Below are positions 1 through 8,520 of a DNA stretch of 64,000 nt, piece by piece. Each line of letters starts with the position of its first letter. Position 1 is the stretch's first letter. The notes under the pieces were generated by a model. It saw only the letters and a program-made list of their open reading frames with translations. It was not told the origin of the DNA and did no database searches. Both the position numbers and the translations under genes were made by a program. Source of the stretch: Bacteroidales bacterium (GTDB lineage: Bacteria > Bacteroidota > Bacteroidia > Bacteroidales > B18-G4); NCBI GenBank assembly GCA_032250805.1, contig JAVVEM010000011.1, forward strand, positions 9,523-73,522, in the 5' to 3' direction.

Positions 1-128
1 TCGTAAAGCACACCGTAGAATTCCTTTGTGTCGCCATTTTCTGAACCGGCATTTAGTTTTTCACCTGTAGCCAGCGATAGTCCGGTGAGTCCGAGTACCT
101 GTAGAAAATTTCTTCGATTAATTTCCAT
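1..128 (-). CDS. 5' end of a Tat-exported 4Fe-4S dicluster protein (HybA/NrfC/HmcB-like); continues beyond the left edge
   Basis: Not in the ORF track. Read by hand from ATG at 128: MEINRRNFLQVLGLTGLSLATGEKLNAGSENGDTKEFYGVLYD. Twin-arginine motif NRRNFL, then GVLYD, which in HybA-type proteins precedes the first CxxCxxC cluster (cysteines lie outside the window). Confidence 0.7.
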   Translation of the reverse strand, partial: MEINRRNFLQVLGLTGLSLATGEKLNAGSENGDTKEFYGVLY

Positions 129-198
129 TTCCAGCGATTTAGATTATGATTAATGTTTTGGTTTTAGTTTTGGTTTGTTTCATGCCCTTACAAGCAGA

Positions 199-1884
199 TC
201 ATTTGCTCAGGTCGAGAAAATAAGCCTGAAAATCTTCCCATGTTTCCGGGCCCAGCTCAGCAAGGATGCTGTCTCTGATCTCTCCTCCATCCTGTAAAAT
301 GATCATCGACATATCAAATTGTTTGTTCGAAAGCGCTGCAGCCAGGAAATCCTTCAGGCGCGTAAACTCTGAAGTTAACCACACCCGGTATTTTTCGGCT
401 GTTTGAAGCTTTTTTACATCCTCCGCCCAGTTGTCGGGCTCTATTATGTAAACCCAGCCTTTATCATAAGGAGATGTATTGATCATTGATGAATTTTCGA
501 AAAGTTGTTCGTTGATCTCCCTGATCACACCGCTGAATGGGGCATATATCGTGAGCCGTTTGCCTCTTTGTATGATCGACAGCAAGGCTTCGCCTTTTGT
601 TACCGTTTCGCCCTTGATTTTCATTTTCAGGCGGGTAACCTTCCCAACAACGTGCTGGAGGAAATCGTCGATGCCAACTTTCACGGCTCCGTCTTTTTCC
701 CTGAATGCCCAGGTGTGGTTTCTGTCGAAATACAGCCCGCCGGGTGCGCCCAGTGAGCTTTCGCTGAAACCACTGCGGCTGCCTAAGATCTGATGGCTGA
801 TCTTTGTTTTTTTGACCAGCAAATGCCTGAATAAAAACGACAACAATATGATAAGCAGGATGGCTCCGGCAAATATGATCCATCCCGGTTGTTTGATCGC
901 AGGAATTCCGCTTGGGGGTGCGTAGGGCAGTGTAAGCGGACTGAACTTTTGCAGTTGCGATAATCTTTCACTGTTCACCAGCGGGTTGTATCCAAATACA
1001 CCGAGTGATGATTGTCCGTCGCTCAGGATCCATTTCAGAAATGCAACTTCACTTTCATTTACCGGTTGCGATTCGGAGATAAAATGAATATTACTTACCA
1101 GCGACCTGGGATATTTGCCGATCCATACTCCCCTGGCTACTGTATTGATATCCTCGTATATGTTTTCCATATAATCAAGCCTGCCATTCCCGTTCCTGTC
1201 GATGGGCAGAAACCTGATCCCTTCAGCAAGCTTCTGTGTAACCGGATCGATCAAACAGCCCAATCTGCAGAATGCAATGGCAAAAGGGTCGTCCCTGACT
1301 GCATCAAGAACAGCATTTTCCTGTGACAGGCTGATCTTTCCTTCAGCATAGTCTTCTGCATCAAGGAATTTTCCAACACTGCTTATTGCACGGTCACGGT
1401 CTGTAATATATAATTGTACAGTATGATCTGTTTTTGTTCCTGTGAGCTTTCCCCATTTTTGATTGTTGCCGCTGAGCAGTGTCGCAAGTTCATCAGACCT
1501 GACCCCTTTTTGATAAAGCACATCAATGAATGGGTTGTTTTCGTTAATCACCGGAACAATAACATCATGCCCAAGGGTTATGCTCCAGGCCTGTTCATAT
1601 ATGCCCGGGCTGAGATAGTGTGTTGAGAATATACCGCTATGGGCCGACAGTACATCCTGACTGCCAGCTTCGGGCATAACATCTACCTCTATGTTTATCT
1701 CCGGGCGGGTCAGGCTGTATTTTTCAGCCCATTGAGCCAGCAGGGGCTGAAGCTCAGGCGTACATGCCAGTTTAATTATTGTTTCCTGACCGGGAATGGA
1801 ACTGCCGGTTGATTGATCTGCGTGCAGGTTTCCCATACTTAGTAAGCAAAAAATGCTGATTACGAATATGATACGTGTTTTCAT
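199..1884 (-). CDS. Fusion: signal peptide + PstS-like periplasmic binding domain + one TM helix + GcvH-like domain
   Basis: N-terminal signal peptide; PBP-like core with PIDRNGNGRLD...GKYP as in Bacteroidota PstS homologues; TM WIIFAGAILLIILLSFLF; H-protein motifs LYFDRNHTW, VKVGIDDF, IYAPFSG, INTSPYDKGW. Confidence 0.8.
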   Translation of the reverse strand: MKTRIIFVISIFCLLSMGNLHADQSTGSSIPGQETIIKLACTPELQPLLAQWAEKYSLTRPEINIEVDVMPEAGSQDVLSAHSGIFSTHYLSPGIYEQAWSITLGHDVIVPVINENNPFIDVLYQKGVRSDELATLLSGNNQKWGKLTGTKTDHTVQLYITDRDRAISSVGKFLDAEDYAEGKISLSQENAVLDAVRDDPFAIAFCRLGCLIDPVTQKLAEGIRFLPIDRNGNGRLDYMENIYEDINTVARGVWIGKYPRSLVSNIHFISESQPVNESEVAFLKWILSDGQSSLGVFGYNPLVNSERLSQLQKFSPLTLPYAPPSGIPAIKQPGWIIFAGAILLIILLSFLFRHLLVKKTKISHQILGSRSGFSESSLGAPGGLYFDRNHTWAFREKDGAVKVGIDDFLQHVVGKVTRLKMKIKGETVTKGEALLSIIQRGKRLTIYAPFSGVIREINEQLFENSSMINTSPYDKGWVYIIEPDNWAEDVKKLQTAEKYRVWLTSEFTRLKDFLAAALSNKQFDMSMIILQDGGEIRDSILAELGPETWEDFQAYFLDLSK

Positions 1885-1916
1885 AGCCCTTCATGTTTAG
1901 GTTCAATTTATTGATG

Positions 1917-1931
1917 TCAATAAGGGTGCCA
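1917..1931 (-). promoter_or_regulatory. Putative sigma54 (-24/-12) promoter
   Basis: Minus strand reads TGGCAC-CCTTA-TTGA against consensus TGGCAC-N5-TTGC, about 33 nt upstream of the ATG at 1884. Confidence 0.6.
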
Positions 1932-1982
1932 AATAAAATAATAACAGTAAAAACCTGAATAACAGTGTAATATGAAAGGGGT

Positions 1983-2111
1983 TGTTTAATTTATAAACAT
2001 AGTAAGTGTTGAATATCCTTACACATAAAATAAATTTCCGGCTTAGAGCTATGGTGGGCTATGTTTAGGTGTGTGTGTTGAATAATTCATCACATGATGA
2101 TAAATTCACCA
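1983..2111. promoter_or_regulatory. Four related 17-bp imperfect palindromes, candidate enhancer-binding-protein sites
   Basis: TGTTTAATTTATAAACA (1983-1999), TGTTGAATATCCTTACA (2007-2023), TGTTGAATAATTCATCA (2076-2092), TGATGATAAATTCACCA (2095-2111). TGT-N11-ACA type, upstream of the sigma54-like promoter. Confidence 0.5.
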
Positions 2112-2214
2112 TATTTTGAAATATTTGTCCGGTTTTGTCCGGGGTCGCTAGAAAAAATTTACAAAAAAATGATAAAAGAGCTGCATTCGTCAGCGAAAAA
2201 GCAGAATTTTCCTG

Positions 2215-5040
2215 TTATGGCTCTGTAAGCTCATATCCCATTTCTTTTCCTTTCTTTATGGCAGGGATTCCCTGTTCCATCCAAAGCGGGGCCGGAGCGC
2301 CTTTCAGGTAGTGGTCGAAGAACTGCTGCATGCGTATGCTGAGATCCTTGCAGTCGGCGCGACGCTTGAGGTTGTGCGGGGCGCCGTTATACGTAAGCAT
2401 CCAAACAGCTTTGTTAAGCCTGCGCAGGGCCACGAAATACTCAATACCCTGATACCACGGCACTGCTCCGTCATTATCGTTATGCATGATCAATAGCGGG
2501 GTTTCTACCTTATCGGCATAGAACAGCGGCGAATTTTCGATATATCTCAGGGGTTTTTCCCATAAAGTTCCACCGATCCGGCTCTGGGATCCTTCGTACT
2601 GGAACATTCTGCTCATGCCTGAGCCCCAACGTATCCCTCCATAGGCGCTGGTCATGTTACTAACGGGGGCACCGGCCATGGCAGCGGCAAACATATTGGT
2701 TTGCGTTATCAGCCAGGCTACCTGGTATCCGCCCCAGCTTTGTCCCTGTATGCCAATGTGATCTTTGTCAACCCAGGGGTGTTTCAACAGGTGGAGGGCA
2801 CCGCTAACAATGGCATTGTAGGCACTTTGTCCGGGGTATCCGGTTTTATAAATAATGTCGGGGACGAAAACAAGGTAACCATTGCTGGTATAAAAGCTAA
2901 AGTTTATTGTGGAACGGCTCGGTCGTGGCGTGTAATGGCTGTGCAGCCTGCTCGAATATTTTTCGTAAAAATAAACGATCATCGGATAACTGCTGTCGGG
3001 ATTAAAGTTCTCAGGTTTGTAAAGCAATCCTTCCATTTCGGCACCATCGGCCGAAGGCCACTGTATCAACTCAACACTGCCCCATAGGTATTTATCCTGT
3101 TGCGGATTTATATCTGATATTTTTTTAGGGTGGCTAAAATCCCTTTCACTGATCCACAGATCGGGGTATTCAACAAAACTCATGCGATTCCATATCAGCA
3201 GCCCGGCATTTTTTGCTTTGTCCGGCCTCTGAAAGTGAAAGTCTTCCAACAGTATCTTCTCCAAACGCGGCTCTTTTGCAATGGTGAGATCATAGAAACC
3301 GCTCTGGCGTGTTTCTTCATTCACTGCCGACAGGAGTAATTTTTCGTTTTGCGGAATAAATACTTCGTCGGGGTCGAGCCTGATATACCTGAACCTCATT
3401 TTCTGTTCTCTGCCACCGCTCAGGTTTACCGGATCTTTATCCCCTTCGGGGTCAAACTTCCATATATCATACCTGTCATATACCAGCAGCATCTCATCAT
3501 TCGCTGTCCAGCCCATAATGCCATAAGGGCCCGGATCTGTAGGCATATCAAATTCCTCATAGCTGAAGCTCACCGGAAGGCCCTTGGTTAGCTTGTGAAA
3601 CTCGCCGCTTTTTACTGTGTAGGTATTCCAACTGCTGTCGTTCTCCTCATAATAAACAACATAACGCCCTAATTGTGAAAGCGAAGCACTTGATTGCAGT
3701 TTCTCAAGGATAAGTTTTTTATCTCCGTTTTCAATGTTGATAAGATAAACATCATGGTACCTGTTTGCATCCCACGAAAGGTATTTTCGGTATGGTTTGC
3801 CTGAAAATCCTAAAGCATAGGGATGCTGGTGCTTCCGGTCAAGCGCAATGCGGTCGAGGTTTTCGTCTTGCAGTTGCACCATGGTCTTTTTGGGGATATG
3901 ATACACCGCCAGATAGTTCTTCTTTTTGTCATTTTCGAGCTCTTTAAGTTGCTGCGGTTGCAACAGATCATCTTTCCAGTTCCAGATGTCAACGCTCACT
4001 TTTTCATCTTCCGTAAGGCTGTCTTCCGGCTCTTTTTGGGGGGTTGCTGCTGTGCCAAAATACAAGCGCATTCCGTTTTCTGAAAAATCAGGGGTTCCGT
4101 TCTCTGATACACCCCAACTATCGGGCATTGCCTTTGATGCAGTGTCGACGATCACCCTTGTAGTGTTTTCTGCAATTTTACCCAGTCTGAGGTCGTATAC
4201 TTTAATTTTGCCGGTATCGGCAGAAAAGATATAGGCAAGTTGTGTGCCCGTCTTATCCGGGGTGATCTTCATGGCGAAACCGGGCCCGCTGTATATCGTG
4301 TCGCTTCTGGTTCCGGGGTAAGTAAGATAATGTACATATACAGAATCGATGCTGTCGTTGCGTGTACTTATAAACGTGAGCAGGCTGCCGTCCTCTGAAA
4401 AGCTGTATTCAGTTACATGCTTATATGAAGCCTCTTCGCCATTTATTGGATTGAAAACTACCAGTGTATTCCCTTGCTGTTTCTTTTTCTTTGGTTTCTT
4501 TTTATCCGGCTCTTTTGTTCCGGCCGCTGCCACTGAGTCGGAAATTTCTGCAGTATCGGCCGAAGGCTTTTCCTTATCCAGCAGATAGGCGATCCATGCC
4601 CTTTCTTCTTTGGGTATCTTAAATGATTTTATTTGTGCAATCCTGATGAGGCTGTCGGCATCAGTCAGGTATATGCCGAGTGAGTCGGCCGGCAATTCGT
4701 CTTTCTTTTTGCCGTCCAGTTTGGCTTTCCTCACCGTATCTTTTTGGAGCTTTATTGCAAAGGCTATGAAATGGTCATTGGCCGATATTCTGGCACCGGA
4801 TCCACGCTTGAACGAATGGTAAACATTTTTCTGCACATCGTAGAGGCGGAGTATTCCATCACCATCCTGGGGGTTGACTTCAAAGCTTACCCAATGGCCC
4901 GAATTGCTTATTTGTTGATTTTCCAGTGTTTTCCAGTCGTCGTAATCAGCATGTGTCAGCGGCTTTTTATCTTGTCCGTTTACCGAAGGTTGAAAAATGA
5001 ACAGGAATAAGGCGAAGATCAGAAGATAATTTTTTCTCAT
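2215..5040 (-). CDS. S9 family (prolyl oligopeptidase/acylaminoacyl-peptidase-like) secreted peptidase
   Basis: GQSWGG nucleophile motif, Asp in NDNDGAV, His in APHNL, beta-propeller-like N-terminus. Start moved to MRKNYLL (5040), which gives a signal peptide. Confidence 0.9.
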   Translation of the reverse strand: MRKNYLLIFALFLFIFQPSVNGQDKKPLTHADYDDWKTLENQQISNSGHWVSFEVNPQDGDGILRLYDVQKNVYHSFKRGSGARISANDHFIAFAIKLQKDTVRKAKLDGKKKDELPADSLGIYLTDADSLIRIAQIKSFKIPKEERAWIAYLLDKEKPSADTAEISDSVAAAGTKEPDKKKPKKKKQQGNTLVVFNPINGEEASYKHVTEYSFSEDGSLLTFISTRNDSIDSVYVHYLTYPGTRSDTIYSGPGFAMKITPDKTGTQLAYIFSADTGKIKVYDLRLGKIAENTTRVIVDTASKAMPDSWGVSENGTPDFSENGMRLYFGTAATPQKEPEDSLTEDEKVSVDIWNWKDDLLQPQQLKELENDKKKNYLAVYHIPKKTMVQLQDENLDRIALDRKHQHPYALGFSGKPYRKYLSWDANRYHDVYLINIENGDKKLILEKLQSSASLSQLGRYVVYYEENDSSWNTYTVKSGEFHKLTKGLPVSFSYEEFDMPTDPGPYGIMGWTANDEMLLVYDRYDIWKFDPEGDKDPVNLSGGREQKMRFRYIRLDPDEVFIPQNEKLLLSAVNEETRQSGFYDLTIAKEPRLEKILLEDFHFQRPDKAKNAGLLIWNRMSFVEYPDLWISERDFSHPKKISDINPQQDKYLWGSVELIQWPSADGAEMEGLLYKPENFNPDSSYPMIVYFYEKYSSRLHSHYTPRPSRSTINFSFYTSNGYLVFVPDIIYKTGYPGQSAYNAIVSGALHLLKHPWVDKDHIGIQGQSWGGYQVAWLITQTNMFAAAMAGAPVSNMTSAYGGIRWGSGMSRMFQYEGSQSRIGGTLWEKPLRYIENSPLFYADKVETPLLIMHNDNDGAVPWYQGIEYFVALRRLNKAVWMLTYNGAPHNLKRRADCKDLSIRMQQFFDHYLKGAPAPLWMEQGIPAIKKGKEMGYELTEP

Positions 5041-5195
5041 TATGATTTTTTTGGGGGCAGAATGATGCCTGTATGAATAATTGCCTTCAAAATTAAACAA
5101 ATCAGTTAAATTGAAAAATTATGCCATTCACGAAGCATTTTATTAAATTTGTGTTAAATTAGGTTAATATTAATTTTTACCAGATAAATAATGAG

Positions 5196-5203
5196 TAATT
5201 TTG
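5196..5203 (+). promoter_or_regulatory. Bacteroidota -7 promoter element of the glycogen operon
   Basis: TAATTTTG matches TAnnTTTG, 41 nt before the ATG at 5245. Confidence 0.5.
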
Positions 5204-5244
5204 CCACTCGTTGATCACGTATTAATCAGGCAATTATTAAAGAA

Positions 5245-7197
5245 ATGAGCTATATTAAATTTGACAAGAATAAGTTAATAAACCTGGAGTATTCACTTAA
5301 GCGTGAATTGCTCCGCTCAAACCGTGCAGGAGCATATTCCAGCCGCACCATTATCGGTTGTAATACGCGAAAGTATCATGGGTTGCTTATCGTTCCCCAA
5401 CCGGGCCTGGATCATGAGAACCATGTGTTGTTATCGAACCTTGATGAGGTCATTGTACAGAATAATGCTGAATTCAATCTCGGTATTCACAAATACCCCG
5501 GCGGCATATACAGCCCCGGCGGGCATAAATATATACGGGATTTTAGCACCGAGCCCATTCCCAGCCTGGTATACAGGGTAGGAGGGGTTGTTCTCAGGAA
5601 AGAGTTAATTTTTGCCGAGAACCACGACAGGATGTTGATCCGGTATACGCTCGAGGATGCCCATTCGCCAACAAAATTGCGATTCAGGCCTTTCCTGGCT
5701 TTTCGCAATATGCATAAACTTTCGAAAGCGAATTTTTATATAAATGATAAGTACAGAAAGGCCCCCAACGGGATCAGGATGCGTCTTTATGACGGGTATA
5801 CGCCCATTTTTATGCAATTTTCCAAGAAAGTTGAATATACCCATGTTCCCGACTGGTACCATAATATCGAGTACCAGGAGGAAATGGAGCGTGGGTATGA
5901 TTATAAGGAGGACCTTTTTGTTCCTGGATTTTTTGAAGTGGATATCAAAAAAGGCGAAAGCATAATTTTTTGTGCAGGCACTTCGGAAGTTAATCCTGCT
6001 TCCATAAAGCGGTCTTTTACCTCTGAGGTTAAGAAGCGCACACCGCGCAATAACTTTGAGAACTGTCTCAGGAACTCGGCTCAGCAATTTATTATCCGGC
6101 GCGATAATAAAACCTGGGTTGTTGCTGGCTTTCCGTGGTTCGGGCGCTGGGGCAGGGATACTTTTATTGCACTCCCCGGCCTGACCCTGAGCAATGACGA
6201 CCCTGCAACATGCAAAGCGGTGATCGATTCAATGCTTGCCGACCTCAAAGGGCCGCTCTTTCCGAATATTGGTATGGGGCATGATTCGGCTTACAACTCG
6301 GTTGATGCTCCGTTGTGGTTTTTCTGGGCATTACAGCAGTATGCTGCCTATACCGGAGAGCATTCATCAATATGGAAGGCATATGGCCGTAAGATGAAAA
6401 TGATCCTCGAAGGTTACCGCAAGGGCACGGAATTTAATATTGGCATGCTGGAAAACGGACTGATCAGGGCTGGTGAACCGGGGCATGCCCTTACCTGGAT
6501 GGATGCAGTTGTTGATGGAAAGCCTGTTACACCCAGGATCGGCCTTCCTGTCGAGATCAACGCACTCTGGTATAATGCCATCATGTTCAGCCTTGAGCTG
6601 GCACGGAAGGCAGATGATAATAAGTTTGTAAAACACTGGGAGCCCGTGGCAGAGATGATCCCTCAGGCATTTAAAAGCACTTTCTGGAGCGAAGCGAAAG
6701 GCTATCTTGCCGATTATGTCGACGGGGAGCATACCGACTGGTCGGTGCGGCCCAATCAGGTGATCGCAGCTTCGCTGCCATACCGCCCAATTGATGAGTC
6801 GATATGTCTTTCGCTGATCAGCACAGTGCAGAAAGTCTTGCTTACCACCCGCGGATTGCGTTCCTTATCGCCGCAGGATCCAAATTATCAAGGCATCTAT
6901 TATGGTGACCAGGCAACACGCGACCAGGCCTATCATCAGGGAACTGTCTGGCCATGGCTGTTCGGGCATTTTGCCGAAGCATACCTGAGGATACACGGAA
7001 AATCGGGTGTGGATTATATTGAAACACTGTATAATGGTTTCGAGCCGGTGATGACCGAAGCAGGGATCGGATCCGTATCAGAAGTTTATGACGGTGATCC
7101 GCCGCATCTTCCCGGGGGCACGATTTCGCAGGCATGGAGTGTTTCTGAATTGCTAAGAGTATATAAATTACTGCAGGAATACCGAAACAAAGAATGA
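5245..7197 (+). CDS. Glycogen debranching enzyme (amylo-alpha-1,6-glucosidase, GDE_N + GDE_C)
   Basis: TRKYHGLL, AGFPWFGRWGRDTFI, LTWMDA, RPNQ, YHQGTVWPW and QAWSVSE motifs. Confidence 0.92.
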   Translation: MSYIKFDKNKLINLEYSLKRELLRSNRAGAYSSRTIIGCNTRKYHGLLIVPQPGLDHENHVLLSNLDEVIVQNNAEFNLGIHKYPGGIYSPGGHKYIRDFSTEPIPSLVYRVGGVVLRKELIFAENHDRMLIRYTLEDAHSPTKLRFRPFLAFRNMHKLSKANFYINDKYRKAPNGIRMRLYDGYTPIFMQFSKKVEYTHVPDWYHNIEYQEEMERGYDYKEDLFVPGFFEVDIKKGESIIFCAGTSEVNPASIKRSFTSEVKKRTPRNNFENCLRNSAQQFIIRRDNKTWVVAGFPWFGRWGRDTFIALPGLTLSNDDPATCKAVIDSMLADLKGPLFPNIGMGHDSAYNSVDAPLWFFWALQQYAAYTGEHSSIWKAYGRKMKMILEGYRKGTEFNIGMLENGLIRAGEPGHALTWMDAVVDGKPVTPRIGLPVEINALWYNAIMFSLELARKADDNKFVKHWEPVAEMIPQAFKSTFWSEAKGYLADYVDGEHTDWSVRPNQVIAASLPYRPIDESICLSLISTVQKVLLTTRGLRSLSPQDPNYQGIYYGDQATRDQAYHQGTVWPWLFGHFAEAYLRIHGKSGVDYIETLYNGFEPVMTEAGIGSVSEVYDGDPPHLPGGTISQAWSVSELLRVYKLLQEYRNKE

Positions 7198-7225
7198 AAA
7201 TATTAATCACTATAACGATCCGCTG

Positions 7226-8503
7226 ATGAAAGTATTAATGTTTGGCTGGGAATTCCCGCCGCATATTTCCGGAGGACTTGGCACGGCCTGCTATGGAATG
7301 ACCAAAGGGCTCATGAAACATGGCGTGGAAGTGCTGTTTGTAGTTCCGAAAGCATATGGCGATGAAGATCAGCAGGCTGTACGGCTGATCAATGCCAGTG
7401 ATATCAGTGTGGATTTCCGCGATAAGAAATATGAAGAATACTGGCAGCGTATAACCTATATGGAGATCGGTTCCAACCTGATTCCCTATGTGGGCCCTGA
7501 AGAGTTCAGGAGGATCATGGAAGCAAAGGAGCTTGAAAGTATCAGCAGTACTGATCATGTACTTTCCGAAAAGTTTGAATTTTCAGGAAAATATGGTACA
7601 GATCTGATGGACGAAGTGAAACGTTATGCTCTGATCGCTTCTGCAATTGCTGCAACATCTGATTTTGACGTGATCCACGCACACGACTGGCTCACATACG
7701 CTGCAGGCGTGGCAGCCAAGAGTGTGAGCGGAAAGCCCCTGGTGGTGCATATGCATGCTACCGAGTTCGACCGTTCGGGAGATAATGTAAACCAGAACGT
7801 GTATGATCTTGAAAGGAAAGGAATGGAAGAGGCCGATCGTGTGATCGCCGTAAGCAACCTTACACGGAAAACGGTGATCGAACGTTATGGCATCAACCCC
7901 GATAAGGTGTTTACCGTATACAATGCCGTTGAGCCGAATGAGAAAGGAAACCAGTATTACCACAGGGGCGTGCAGGAAAAAGTAGTTACCTTTCTGGGTC
8001 GCATCACTTTTCAGAAAGGACCTGATTATTTTGTTGAAGCTGCCAGGAAAGTACTCAATAAAGATCCTCATGTAAGGTTTGTTATGGCCGGCAGCGGCGA
8101 TATGATGAACAAAACAATAAAGCGGGTTGCCGAGCTGAAAATGGGCGACAGGTTTCATTTTACAGGATTCCTGAAAGGCGATGATGTGGATCATATGTTC
8201 GGGCTGAGCGATGTATTTGTGATGCCATCCGTATCTGAACCTTTTGGTATTGTTCCGCTCGAAGCGATGCGTTCGAATGTGCCGGTGGTTATTTCAAAAC
8301 AATCAGGCGTTTCGGAGATCCTGAGGCATGCCCTGAAGATCGATTTTTGGGATATCGACGCCATGGCCGATTCAATATACGGGCTTTTGCACTATGAAGG
8401 CTTGTCGAAAATGTTTAAACACTATGGCAAGGATGAGGTCGACAACCTGAAATGGGAAAATGCCGCATTCCATATTAAAGAAGTATATAAAAGTGTTTTA
8501 TAA
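7226..8503 (+). CDS. GT4 glycosyltransferase of the Bacteroidota glycogen cluster
   Basis: MFGWEFPPHISGGLG, HAHDW, HATEFDR, GRITFQKG, SEPFGIVPLEA. Confidence 0.9.
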   Translation: MKVLMFGWEFPPHISGGLGTACYGMTKGLMKHGVEVLFVVPKAYGDEDQQAVRLINASDISVDFRDKKYEEYWQRITYMEIGSNLIPYVGPEEFRRIMEAKELESISSTDHVLSEKFEFSGKYGTDLMDEVKRYALIASAIAATSDFDVIHAHDWLTYAAGVAAKSVSGKPLVVHMHATEFDRSGDNVNQNVYDLERKGMEEADRVIAVSNLTRKTVIERYGINPDKVFTVYNAVEPNEKGNQYYHRGVQEKVVTFLGRITFQKGPDYFVEAARKVLNKDPHVRFVMAGSGDMMNKTIKRVAELKMGDRFHFTGFLKGDDVDHMFGLSDVFVMPSVSEPFGIVPLEAMRSNVPVVISKQSGVSEILRHALKIDFWDIDAMADSIYGLLHYEGLSKMFKHYGKDEVDNLKWENAAFHIKEVYKSVL

Positions 8504-8520
8504 GAAAGGGAATTTGTAAT

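Noticed and set aside
5152-5167. TGTTAA/GGTTAA pair upstream of the glycogen operon as a second Pho box
   Set aside because: 10-bp period with a mismatch in very AT-rich DNA; likely chance.
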